DNA from: Chiloscyllium plagiosum
Lineage: Eukaryota
Assembly (NCBI RefSeq): GCF_004010195.1
Contig: NC_057753.1
Location: 1,433,246-1,475,748, forward strand
DNA: 42,503 nt
Direction of reading: 5' to 3'
The position numbers and the translations under genes were made by a program. Positions 1 through 10,606 of the stretch are shown piece by piece. Each line of letters opens with the position of its first letter. Position 1 is the stretch's first letter. The notes below the pieces were generated by a model. It was given only the letters and a program-made list of their open reading frames with translations, made no database searches and was not told the DNA's origin.

Positions 1-510
1 GTTAGGTCACATTTGGAGTACTGTGTGCAGTTCTGGTCGCTTCACTTTAGGAAAGATGTGGAAGCTTTGGAGGGGGTGCAGAGAAGATTTACCAGGATGT
101 TGCCTGGAATGGAGAGGAAGTCGTACGAGGATCGGTTGAGAGTTCTCGGCCTTTTCTCGTTGGAACGGCGAAGGATGAGGGGTGACTTGATCGAGGTTTA
201 TAAGATGATCAGAGGAATAGATAGAGTAGACAGTCAGAAACTTTTTTTCCATGGGTACAACAGAGTGTTACAAGGGGACATAAATTTAAGGTGAAGGGTG
301 GAAGGTATAGGGGAGATGTCAGGGGTAGATTCTTTACCCAGAGAGTGGTGGGGGCATGGAATGCACTGTCTGTGGGAGTGGCAGAGTCAGAATCATTGGT
401 GACCTTTAAGCGGCAATTGGATAGGTACATGGATGGGTGCTTAAGCTAGGACAAATGTTCGGCACAACATCGTGGGCCGAAGGGCCTGTTCTGTACTGTA
501 TTGTTCTATG
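1..510 (+). mobile_element. CR1/HER1-type LINE, 3' end of ORF2 plus 3' UTR
   Basis: ORF 13-294 (EYCVQFWS...LEGVQRRFTRMLPG...LFSLERRRMRGDLIEVYKMIRG) is the CR1 ORF2 C-terminus; ends in a TGTTCTATG-type tail. Confidence 0.9.
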
Positions 511-911
511 TAGGCATCTGGATGGGTGTATGAATAGGAAGGGTTGAGAGGGTTATGGGCCAACTGGCTAACGGGATGAGATGAATTTAGGATATCTGGT
601 CAGCATGGATAAGCTGGACTGAAGGGACTGTTTGCATGTTGTACATCTCCTAACACTCAATTCACCCTACCCATGGCCCTCATGATTTTGTAAAACTCCG
701 TGGTCACCTCTCAGCCTCCAACACTTGGGGAAAAAGTGGTGGAGGTTACTACAATTGCAACAGTTAACCGGCATCTGGATGGGTATATGAATAGGAAGGA
801 TTTGGAGGGATACGGGCCGGGTGCTGGCAAATGGGACTAGATTAGCTTAGGATACCTAGTCGGCTTAGATGAGTTGGACCGTAGGGTCAGTTTCTGTACT
901 GTACAACTCTA
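511..911 (+). mobile_element. Two further stacked CR1/HER1 3' UTR fragments, with a short minus-strand CR1 piece between them
   Basis: GGCATCTGGATGGGT..ATGAATAGGAAGG..GGACCG/ACTGAAGGG..GTACA occurs at ~512-650 and ~741-911. Confidence 0.75.
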
Positions 912-912
912 T

Positions 913-998
913 CACACCTGATGAAGGAGCAACTCTCTGAAAGCTATTGCTTCCAAATAAACCTGTTGGACTATAACTTGGTGTTGTGATTTTTAACT
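913..998 (+). mobile_element. Solo PLE terminal repeat, family B, with degenerate hammerhead motif (918-946)
   Basis: CACCTGATGAAGGAGC..CTCTGAAAGCTA..AATAAACCTGTTGGACTATAAC; homologous to 21428-21515 and 34058-34301. Confidence 0.7.
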
Positions 999-1184
999 AA
1001 TTTATTTATTGCCTTTCTTTATCCCTTCTGCTACAATACCTCACCAAACTATGAGGGAGGCATGCCCTGGAATTTGAAAATTAAGTGTATTTTTGATCAA
1101 GGATTTTGTTTTGTGAATGGGGAGTGAGATGAGAATTGTTTCATTTGGGTGGGAAATGACGGATAACGTTTGGGAGAAGATTTG

Positions 1185-1650
1185 AAGCTTGGGTGCTCGT
1201 TGTTGTGGTTCTGTTCGCCGAGCTGGGAATTTGTGTTGCAGACGTTTCGTCTCCTGTCTAGGTGGGAGCCTCCTGTGAAGCACTTCTATGATGTTTCCTC
1301 CAGCATTTGTAGCGGTTTGAATCTGTCGCTTCCGGTTGTCAGTTCTAGCTGTCCGCTGCAGTGGTTGGTATATAGGGTCCAGGTCGATGTGCTTATTGAT
1401 TGAATCTGTGGATGAGTCAATGCCTCTCGGAATTCCCTGGCTGTTCTCTGTTTGGCTTGTCCTATAATAGTAGTGTTGTCCCAGTCAAATTCATGTTGTT
1501 TGTCATCTGCGTGTGTGGATACTAAGATAGCTGGTCGTGTCGTTTCATGGCTAGTTGGTGTTCATGGATGCGGATCGTTAGCTGTCTTTGCGGATCGTTA
1601 GCTGTCTTCCTGTTTGTCCTATGTAGTGTTTTGTGCAGTCCTTGCATGGG
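1185..1650 (-). mobile_element. Penelope-like element fragment (GIY-YIG endonuclease region and 3' end)
   Basis: Minus-strand translation PCKDCTKHYIGQTGRQL..RIHEHQLA..HEFDWDNTTIIGQAKQRTAREF; paralogous to 10896-11555. Confidence 0.8.
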
Positions 1651-2156
1651 AAAAAAAAATGGATTTATTCAATCAAGTGAAGGGATTTATTCAATCGAGA
1701 GTCTGCTTACACCAAACACTCAGCAAATTCACGAGTAACTGCTATGATTAGCTGCCTCTCCTGCTTGGAAGAGAACCTCCTTCATTAGAATCTGTTTCTG
1801 CTAGTGTTAATAAACCCCACTTCAGTTATAGGTTTTTAATATTCTGGATATAAGTCAAATAAATTGGGTTTGTGTTTAACACTTGAGTTTTTTTTTGAGT
1901 ATCTCTAAGACCGTTCCTTTTAGAAGGGTTCTCCTCTCCCCTGGCTCCTACATCCTGACCTCGAACAATAAATGTGAGGAGCTCTCCGAGCTTCTTTGTC
2001 ACTGAGCTTGAGAGAATCCAATAATGTCCTTCTGCTGCATTCCTCTCTTCTACTAACCGCTGGGCCAAATTCATTCAAACATTTCTCCTTGTCTTAGTCC
2101 TGAACTTGCATCTTTTTCCAGTTTATTTTTCTCATCATGTCCTGTCAGACTTAACT

Positions 2157-2475
2157 GGGCAGCACAGTGGTTGAGTGGTTAGCGCCGCTGCCTCAGCGCT
2201 AGGGACCTGGGTTTGGTTCCACCTTGGGCAACTGCCTGGGTGGAATCTGCATGTTCTCCCCCTGTGTCAGTGTGGCTCCCCGCTCTGAGTGCTCTGGTTT
2301 CCTCCCGCAGTCCAAAGAGGTGCAGGTTAAGTGGGTTTGCCAAGCTAAAATTGCTCAGTTTCCAGTAATGTGCAGGCTCAGTGGATTTGCCACAGGAAAT
2401 ACAGGGTTAGGAGGCTGGGGTGGGATGCTCCTCAGACATGGACTCAAAGGGCTGAATTATCTGCTTCCACACTTC
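2157..2475 (+). mobile_element. HE1-like tRNA-derived SINE
   Basis: GGGCAGCACAGTGG..AGTGGTTAGC head, GGTTTGGTTCC B-box variant, CTCTGGTTTCCTCCCGCAGTCCAAAG core. Confidence 0.8.
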
Positions 2476-2484
2476 TTTTGATTT

Positions 2485-2808
2485 TAGATTGGATTCCCTA
2501 CAGTGTGGAAACAGGCCCTGCGGCCCAACAAGTCCACACCAACCATCTGTAGAGTAACCCACCCAGACCCATTCCCCTACTTGATATTTACCCCTGACCA
2601 TTGCACCTAACACTGCGGGCAGTTTAGCATGGCCAATTCACCTGGCCTGCACATCTTTGGAGTGATGGGAGGAAACTGGTGCACCCGGAGGAACCCCACG
2701 CAGACACTGGGAGAGTGTGCAAACTCCACGGACCACGTCTGAAATCAAACCCGGGTCCCTGCCGCTGTGAGACAGCAGTGCTAACCACTGAACCTCCATG
2801 CCGCCCAT
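2485..2808 (-). mobile_element. HE1-like SINE
   Basis: Reverse complement of head, core and GGGCCTGTTTCCACACTGTAGGGAATC tail. Confidence 0.88.
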
Positions 2809-3160
2809 AAGGAATCTATGAAGCATGGACCATCCAACTGCCCTGTCTTTTAACTGATATTGGTCATGGCCTTCTCTCCTTCCTCGTTCACCATCATCGG
2901 GTATCCTGAGGAAAAAAAACAAGCACTCCATCTCCACTCCCTTTCCTCTTTCACGTGCTTGGGTGTCCCCCAAGGGAACCTCCATGCCGCCCATAAGGAA
3001 TCTATGAAGCATGGACCATCCAACTGCCCTGTCTTTTAACTGATATTGGTCATGGCCTTCTCTCCTTCCTCGTTCACCATCATCTGGTATCCTGAGGAAA
3101 AAAACAAGCACTCCATCTCCACTCCCTTTCCTCTTTCAGGTGCTTGGGTGTCCCCCAAGG
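2790..3160. repeat. Near-identical tandem duplication, about 186 bp x2 (2790-2975, 2976-3160)
   Basis: GAACCTCCATGCCGCCCATAAGG...TGTCCCCCAAGG repeated directly; explains the repeated peptide in ORF 2638-3111. Confidence 0.92.
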
Positions 3161-3400
3161 AGCAATCCTTGGCCCCTGCCATTTCTCATCAGGTTGCTGT
3201 CACAAGGTGATATCATCCAAAAGCACCAAAAGTGTTAGTTTTCACTTGGACACTGTAAACACCCAGCTTTATCTCACCACCATTCCTTTCCATACCTCCA
3301 CTGCCACAAAATTATTAAACTTCTTTTGCCTCTTCCAAAAGGTCACTGTCTTTGGTCACTGTTATAAACGAAAATCGCTTCTCAATAATCGCTCTAGACA
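3140..3400 (+). mobile_element. Old L2/CR1-clade LINE RT fragment
   Basis: GVPQGAILGP motif followed by a degenerate DTQLY-like segment. Confidence 0.55.
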
Positions 3401-3532
3401 AATTCAGGAAAACAAAGTTTTATTAGCAAGTCTGCAGAGTTGGGCACTCTTCTGAGAAAAAGCGCGCTGAGGCTTACAAAGTCTCCCATTATATACAGCA
3501 CAAATCCCTCCTCTCCTTGGCTCCAACAAGCG

Positions 3533-3660
3533 AATGGGAAGGGTTTGGAGGGATATGGGCCGGGTGCTGGCAGGTGGGACTAGATTGGGTTGGGATACCT
3601 GGTCGGCCTGGACGGGTTGGACCGAAGGGTCTGTTTCCGTGCTGTACATCTCTATGACTC
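3533..3660 (+). mobile_element. CR1/HER1 3' UTR fragment
   Basis: GGAAGGGTTTGGAGGGATATGGGCC..GGACCGAAGGGTCTGTTTCCGTGCTGTACATCTCTATGACTC. Confidence 0.85.
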
Positions 3661-3685
3661 AATCTTCAGAAGGTTGTTCGTGTGA

Positions 3686-3813
3686 GGTCCTGAAGAAGGG
3701 TTCTGTCTGAAACGTCAACTCTTGCTCCTCGAATGCTGCCTGACCTGCTGTGCCTTATTCCAGTATGAAACTTTACCAGCTCTGACTCTCCAGCTTCTGT
3801 AGTCCTCACTGTC
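3686..3813 (+). mobile_element. Solo PLE terminal repeat, family A, with weakened hammerhead motif (3690-3716)
   Basis: CTGAAGAAGGG..TCTGAAACGTC..ATGCTGCCTGACCTGCTGTGC..CAGCTTCTGTAGTCCTCACT. Confidence 0.7.
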
Positions 3814-3949
3814 CCCAACAAGTTGTTGGTCTGTACCTGCTACTGAAACTCTCTTCCATGTCTGTTTTGCCTTTGACTTGATTCTAATACATTCCTGACC
3901 AGTCTCTCTCAGTCAACCTGCCTACACCTGGAATCATGAGAATTTTGTG

Positions 3950-4240
3950 GATGACATGGCAGCTCAGTGGTTAGCACTGCTGCCTCACAACGCCAGGGAA
4001 CCCAGGTTCGATCCCAGCCTCTGGCGACTGTCTGTGTGGAGTTTGCATGTTCTCCCCATGTCTGTGTGGTTTTCATCTGGGTGCTCTGGTTTCCTCCCAC
4101 AGTCCAAAGTTGTGTAGGTTAGGCGCATTAGTCAGCGGTATATGTAGAGTAATAGGGAATGGGTCTGGGTGGGTTACTCTTTAGAGGGTTGGTGTGGACT
4201 TGTTGGACCTAATGGCCTGTTTCCAGATTGTAGGGATTCT
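3950..4240 (+). mobile_element. HE1-like SINE
   Basis: GCTCAGTGGTTAGCACTGCTGCCTCAC..GGTTCGATCCC head, core and tail. Confidence 0.88.
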
Positions 4241-4576
4241 GTGATCCAAAACTCTCTTTCCTGGGTCTCGCATTAAGTCCCCTTCACCCAACACCCCTGT
4301 ACTTGCTGACCAATGTTGGCTCCTGGGTAAGTAATGCCTCAAATTTAAAATTAATATCTTTGTTATTAACTCCCTCTGTGGCCTTACCTTTGTCATCTAC
4401 AATCACATCACCATCTGAAAGGTCCTGCAGCCCTCTTTGGGGCCTCCCTAATTTTAATTACTTTAGCAATCGTGTCCATGACTCTGAGGCTGAAAAATTC
4501 CTAACCTAAACCCCTCTTTCCTGATTAAAGATATTTAAGCATCTTTCCTAAAGTCACCTTCTCTTAATTGGTTTTT

Positions 4577-4905
4577 AGATTAGATTACTTTAGATTAGAT
4601 TAGATTACTTACAGTGTGGAAACAGGCCCTTCGGCCCAACAAGTCCACACTGACCCGCCGAAGCGTAACCCACCCATTCTCGTACATTTACCCCTTTACC
4701 TAACTCTACGGGCAATTTAGCATGGCCAATTCACCTTACCTGCACATCTTTGGACTGTGGGAGGAAATCGGGGCACCCGGAGGAAACCCACGCAGACACG
4801 GGGAGAATGTGCAAACTCCACACAGTCAGTCGCCTGAGTCGGGAATTGAACCCAGGTCTCTGGCGCTGTGAGGCAGCAGTGCTAACCACTGTGCCATCGT
4901 GCCAC
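4577..4905 (-). mobile_element. HE1-like SINE (young subfamily, (TCTAA)n tail)
   Basis: Full-length; highly similar to the copy at 38349-38658. Confidence 0.9.
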
Positions 4906-4929
4906 AGCATGATGTCAAATGTTTCTTCA

Positions 4930-5330
4930 TAAAACTGCTCTGAAACATCTGGAAACATTTTATTGTGATGTGCAAAACTGAGGGGTATAGACAGGGTAGA
5001 CTGGAAGAAACCTTTCCCTTTGGTGCAGTGATCAATGACTGGAAGCATAGATTTAGCTAAGGGGCAGGAGGTGCAGAAAGGATGTGAGCAATTTTTTTTT
5101 AAACCAACCAGAGGATGGTGGGAAATCAGGAACACAGTGCCTATAAGGGTGGTGGAAGCAGCGAACTTCCAATATTTTAATGTTAGATGTACACTTATGA
5201 TGCCAATGCATCATAAGTGTACATCTTATGGGCTTTGGGCCAAGAGATGGAAAATGGGTTTGGAATAGTTAATTGTTTCTGACTGCCACAGACTCAGTGG
5301 GGAAACAGGCTTTTTACAGTGCTGTAGATC
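4930..5330 (+). mobile_element. Diverged CR1 3' fragment
   Basis: GAGGGGTATAGACAGGGTAGAC..TTTTTT..CCAGAGGATGGTGGGAAT..AGGGTGGTGGAAGCAG pattern. Confidence 0.6.
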
Positions 5331-5349
5331 TCCAATTGTGGTACGTGAA

Positions 5350-5630
5350 TACAAAGGGTTTCTGATCTGTGGCACCAGTTTGCTCACAGTGAGATTCCAA
5401 AAAGAACAACCCCAATGTGTGTCCAGTTCTTTTGGTGTCAGGTAAAACACAAATGTTGGTCTCCGTGCATCAGGAGAACTCCTCTATGGACGGTGTGTGA
5501 AGTTGCTCAGGCCTCCTGAACGGAGAGCGGGAACATTGAGCTGTTGGTGCTGCAACAAGTTTTGAAGAGTCACTCCCAGGGATCTTTCCACGTCATTCAT
5601 CGACTCCCAGCTGCAGTAAAGCAGGTCATG
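5350..5630 (-). pseudogene. Possible highly decayed C2H2 zinc-finger remnant
   Basis: Minus strand GGAAAG..AACTTGTTGCAGCACCAACAG (NLLQHQ) and CAGAAACCCTTTGTA (KPFV), with broken spacing. Confidence 0.3.
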
Positions 5631-6099
5631 CGGAATAACAATCACAATGTCACCTTGCCAGCAAAGTCCGCAACTTTTAATTACAGACAAAGTTCTGGTG
5701 TTCATTTTGCCCCTCTTACAGTTTCAGAAGTTAATTCAGTCAATGATTTGGATTTTTGAGTGAGGCGAGGCAGAATAAATTAAATGGTATGATTTTTAAC
5801 AGAATGACCTGGGAATATGGTGGAGCTGAGTTTTGAAAAAATTATTATGTCCTCAGTTTCACTAGTGGATACAAAATAGATGAGAGCATGAAGTTATACT
5901 GAATTAATGTAAATCATTGGTGGATCCTCAGTTGAAATATTATGTTCAACTCTGAGCACCAGACTTTAGGAATGATCTCAATATCTTTGAGAGGGTGTGG
6001 GGATGATTTCCCAAAATAGTATCAGCGGTGAGTGTTTTTGGATCAATACAGTCTGGAGAAGGTGGGTTCACTCTCTGCAGAGCACAAAGGACGTCTGAC

Positions 6100-8820
6100 A
6101 ATTAGGAGACGTTCAAGAGTGTGATAACGAGAGTTCAGAGGCATTCTGTTCCTGTTAGTGAAGGGTAAGGCTGGTAAGACTAAGGAACAATGGATGAATA
6201 AAGATTCATGATGAGGACCTCAGGATAAAAAGAGGGAATCTTATTTTAAATACCGACAGCTTGGTTCAATTGAATCTCTTAATCTGTATAAATAATGTAG
6301 GGGCACTCTTAAGAGAGAAATCAGGAAGGCGAAGAGGGGATATGAAATAGCATTGGCGGTTAAGGCTAATCCAAAGAAATTCTCCAAATATATTAAGAGC
6401 AAGAGGATAACTAGAGAGAGGGTAGGGCCTCTTAAAGATGAAGGAGGTTGTCTTTGTGTTGAACCCCAGGAAATGGGAGAGATACTAAATGAATATTTCA
6501 CTTCAGTTTTTACAGTGGAGGAAGAAATGGAGTCTAGAGAATGTAGAGAAATAAACTTTGATGTTTTAAAACAGTTCACTTGACAGAAGAGGAAATTTGG
6601 GAGGTCTTGGAGAATATAAAAGATGGATGAATCTCTGTGTGGGATATAGGTAAAGTAGTGTTACTTCTGCAATTATAATTACTTATGCAAGGTAAATGAA
6701 CTCACACCAGTGTGTAATTGCTTCAACTAAGAGCTGAGCCAACAAGAATGCAAACTATGTGGAAGAAATACATAATTGTTTTTGTATTAGCTAAAATTGT
6801 ATGCAAGAATGAAACGTGACAGCAAAACAATGGTAGATGTTACAGAAAAATAGATAAGGTGCTGTGAGGATGTAGGTTAAGCCAGATATGCTTGCACAAG
6901 CAGTAGTTATAAGCATCTGTTTTCCACTTTTACAGAAATATAGGAACAAACCCCAATTAAAAGGTCATAAGGATCAGTATGGTTGGGGAAAGCACACATG
7001 GAGGGAGTAGATAATGGTGGAGAAAGGATATACCTAACAATGGGCCACAGCGGGATGTGGTCAAATGGCCTTGAGGCCAGAAATAAGCATTTTGTCACAG
7101 ACAAGAGATAAACAGGAGTAATGGGTGCCGGTCTTAGAGAAGTGTAAACGGGGAGGAGCAATGGGATTAAAAAAAGGAACTAAATTACATAGATATCGTG
7201 TATTAGTTGAATTGTGTGTGTGTGTGTGTCCCTGCCTTGTAGACAGTGGACATCGCACCCTCTTGCAAGAGTAAAATAAATGACACTACTGATTCAGATC
7301 TTGGCTCGGACTGAAATTATTGAAGAGAGTGAGCTTTGTTTCTCACGTCTGGGACCTGATCTAATGTATCCCAAAATGTTGTATGAAGCGAGATTACGAG
7401 ACTGCGTGCAGAAATATTTGCATCATCTATAACTATGAGTGAGGTGCCTGATGACTGGAGGTTGGCTAATGTTGCACTCTTGTTTAAAAAAGGTTATAAG
7501 GAGAAACTGAGGAAATATAGACATGTGAGTCTGACTTTGGTTGTGGGTAAATTGTTGTAGGTGATTATAAAAGATAGGATTTATGGACATTTAGAGAGGC
7601 AAAAATTGATTAGGGATAGTTAGTGTGGTTTGGTATGAGGAAAATAGTGTCCCACAAACTTGAGTTTTTTGAGGAAGTTACCAACAAGATTGGTAGTGAA
7701 GTGGATGTTTATTTGGATTTTAGTAAAGCCTTTGACAAGGTTCCACATGGTGGACTAACTCAGGGTGACCTTGCCAATTGGATACATAATTGGCTTAACA
7801 GTAGAAGACCGTGTGATAGTGGATGGATGCTTTTCAGACTGGAGGCCTGTTCCACGGGGATTGGTTCTGGGACCTCTTAGTATTTGTATGAAGGATTTGA
7901 ATGAGAATATAGAATGTGGTTTGTAAGTTTGCAGACTACGCCAAAATTAGTGGCATAATAGACTGCGAAAAAGGCTTTCTAGGATTACAAAGGGATCTTG
8001 ATAAAATAGGTCAATGGGCTGAAAAATGGCAGAGAGAGTTCAATCAAGATCGATTTGAGGTATTGCATTTTGGTGGAACAAACAAGGGGAGGGCTGATTA
8101 AAATTAACGGTACGGCCTTGGGTAGTGTTATAGAACAGAAGGACCAAGGGGTGCAGGTAAATAATTCTTTGAAGTTTGAGTCACAAATGGAGAGGGTGGT
8201 TGAAAAGGCAATTGGCATGCTTGCCTTCATTGCTCAGTCCTTTTGAGTACAGGAGTTGGGAAGTCACGTTGTGGTTGTATAGGACATTGGTGAGGCTTCT
8301 TCTGGAATACTGTGTCCAGTTCTGGTCACCTAGTTACAGGAACGATATTAGCAAGCTGGAGAGGGTTCAGAAGAGATTTGTCAGGTATGGAAGGTTTGAG
8401 CTTTAAAGAAAGGCTTGATGGGCCAGGACCTTTTTTCATTGGACCTTAGGAAGTTGAGAGACGACTTGATAGAAATTTCTAAAATAATGAGAGGTATAGC
8501 TGGAGTTAATGGTAGTTGCCTTTTGCCTCGGATGAGGATTTCAAGACTGTGGGCATATTTTTAAGGTGAGAGGAGAGAGATTTAGAAAAAGAGATACATC
8601 TTTTACATAGAAGGTCGTTCGAGTGTGGAATGAATTTCCTGAGGGAAGTGGTGGATGCAGGTACAATTACAATGTTAGACATCTGGATAGATACACAAAT
8701 ACGAAAGGTAAGGAGGGATACGGGCCAGGAGCAGGTAGGTGAGACTAGTTTAGTTTGGGATTATGTTCAGCATGGACTGGTTGGACCGAAGGGTCAGTTT
8801 CTGTGCTGTATGACTGACTC
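6100..8820 (+). mobile_element. Long decayed CR1/HER1 LINE (ORF2 RT through 3' UTR), interrupted by a solo LTR
   Basis: KANPKKFSKYIKSKRITRERVGPLKD, VDVYLDFSKAFDKVPH, KFADYAKI, EYCVQFWSP across several frames. Confidence 0.92.
6638..7347 (+). mobile_element. Solo LTR of an ERV or LTR retrotransposon, about 710 bp
   Basis: Termini TGTGGGA...TCTCAC(G); TCTG duplicated at 6634-6637 and 7348-7351; AATAAA at 7275-7280; CR1 sequence resumes on both sides. Confidence 0.7.
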
Positions 8821-8882
8821 TGAGACCAAAACTGCCGCAGTGCTTCTAACCAAGTGTCCATACAATTGAAGCAGGACTTAGC

Positions 8883-9216
8883 TTAGATTCCCTACAGTGT
8901 GGAAACAGGCCTTTTGACCCTCTGAAGAGTGACCCACCCAGACCCATTTCCCTCTGACTAATGCACCTAACACTACAGACCCATTTCCCTCTGACTAATG
9001 CACCTAACACTATGGGGCAATTTAGCATGGCCAATTCACATGGCCTGCACATCTTTGGATTGTGGGAGGAAACTGGAGCACCCGGAGGAAACCCCCACAG
9101 ACACTGGCAGAATGTGCAAACTCCACACAGACAGACAGTTGCCCAAGGCTGGAATCGAACCTGGGTCCCTGGTGCTGTGAGGCAGCAGCGCTAACCACTG
9201 AGCCACCGTGCCACCC
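8883..9216 (-). mobile_element. HE1-like SINE with short internal duplication
   Basis: CAGACCCATTTCCCTCTGACTAATGCACCTAACACTA occurs twice (8939-9012). Confidence 0.88.
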
Positions 9217-9274
9217 CATCTATCTCCTGAGACTTCACTACCTCTGATCTCAAATCCTGTTTTGATCAAGGCTA

Positions 9275-10130
9275 ACAGCAATTCCGTCATCTCCAGCAGG
9301 GTGCCACTACCAGACCCCTATTCCCCTCTCCTCCCTTATCAGTGTTCCGTAGTGGCTGTTCCATCCAGGACACCGTGGTCCACTCCTCCTCCACACCCAA
9401 CACCTCCCCACGGCACCTTGCAAAGTAATAGCAGAAGACTTTACACCTACGCGTTTACTTCCTACCTTCTCACTATCCAAGGGGCTAAACTCACCTTTTC
9501 AGGTGAAGCAGCGCTTAATCTGCACTTCATTCAATCTGGTCTACTGTAATCGCTGCTCACAATGTGGTCTCTTCTGCACTGGGGAGAGCAAATGCATTCT
9601 GGAACACCACTTTGCAGAACATCGATCCGAGCTTCCAGTTACCTGTCACATCAACACACCACCACGTTCGCTGGCCAATCTTTCTGTCTTGTGCCTGCTG
9701 CAGTGCTCCAGTGATGCCAGGTGCAAACCGGAAGAGCATCTCATTTTCCATTTGGGGACCCTGAAGTCTTTCGGACTTGTATATATGAGTTCAATAAGCC
9801 GAACACCACCTTTTCATGTCCTTTACCTCCCACCACAACCCCTTATCGTCACGTGGGCTGCTTATATCACAGCCAAACCACTGTCACCTACTTATCGTCT
9901 CCATTTGCAGCTTATCTTTCTCCCTGGATCACCATTATCCATCCCTATGTTTGCCCTGATGTCTTTATTTCCCCCTGGGCTCCTAATGCACGTATTCCTT
10001 ACCACCTCCACTATCTTCAGCATATATACCACCTTTTCCTAGCTGCTACCAGTTCTTGAGAGACTGGAAACATTGACTGTGCTTCCTCTCCACATATGCT
10101 GCCAGACCTGCTGAGTTTCTCCAGCAGTCA
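9275..10130 (+). mobile_element. Penelope-like element 3' part (GIY-YIG region plus decayed terminal repeat)
   Basis: ORF 9503: VKQRLICTSFNLVYCNRCSQCGLFCTGESK..FAEH..EEHLIFHLGTL; ends GAAACATTGAC..ATGCTGCCAGACCTGCTGAG. Confidence 0.78.
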
Positions 10131-10606
10131 CTTTTTAAAAAAAAAACACATTTCAATAGCCTTCCTCCCAGTTTGGTGAACCTGCATGGTAGCCTTCTGT
10201 GACTTATTGACCAGACCACCCAGGTTTTAGTACATTTTACTTTGCAATATCTCCAGGCTTAGAAAACATCCTGTTTGAGGAGGAGAATAGTGGGGTTGCT
10301 TTTTCTTCCTGGGAAAGGAACAGGGTAAGACATGATTAAATTATGTGGATCCAGGTTTAGTAATGGAATGACCTGGTAAACGTGGCTGATTTTATTGTAA
10401 CTTCAGATCCACATTCCTGCCTATCCCTGATAATTTTGCACCTCCTTGATAAGAAGAATCTATCAATCATTACCTTTAAAATATTAAAATATTTACTTAC
10501 TGCCTTCTGAAAGAGAGTTCCAAACAATATCAACTCTACAAAAGAAATAATTTCACCTGATCAATTTAAGTGGGCGACTCCTAATTTTTGAGCACTGACT
10601 CATAAT

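Noticed and set aside
1826..2074. 82-aa minus-strand ORF in unassigned sequence
   Set aside because: No recognisable motif or splice support; cannot be called.
2638..3111. 157-aa ORF with an internal peptide repeat
   Set aside because: Produced by the 186-bp duplication plus SINE sequence.
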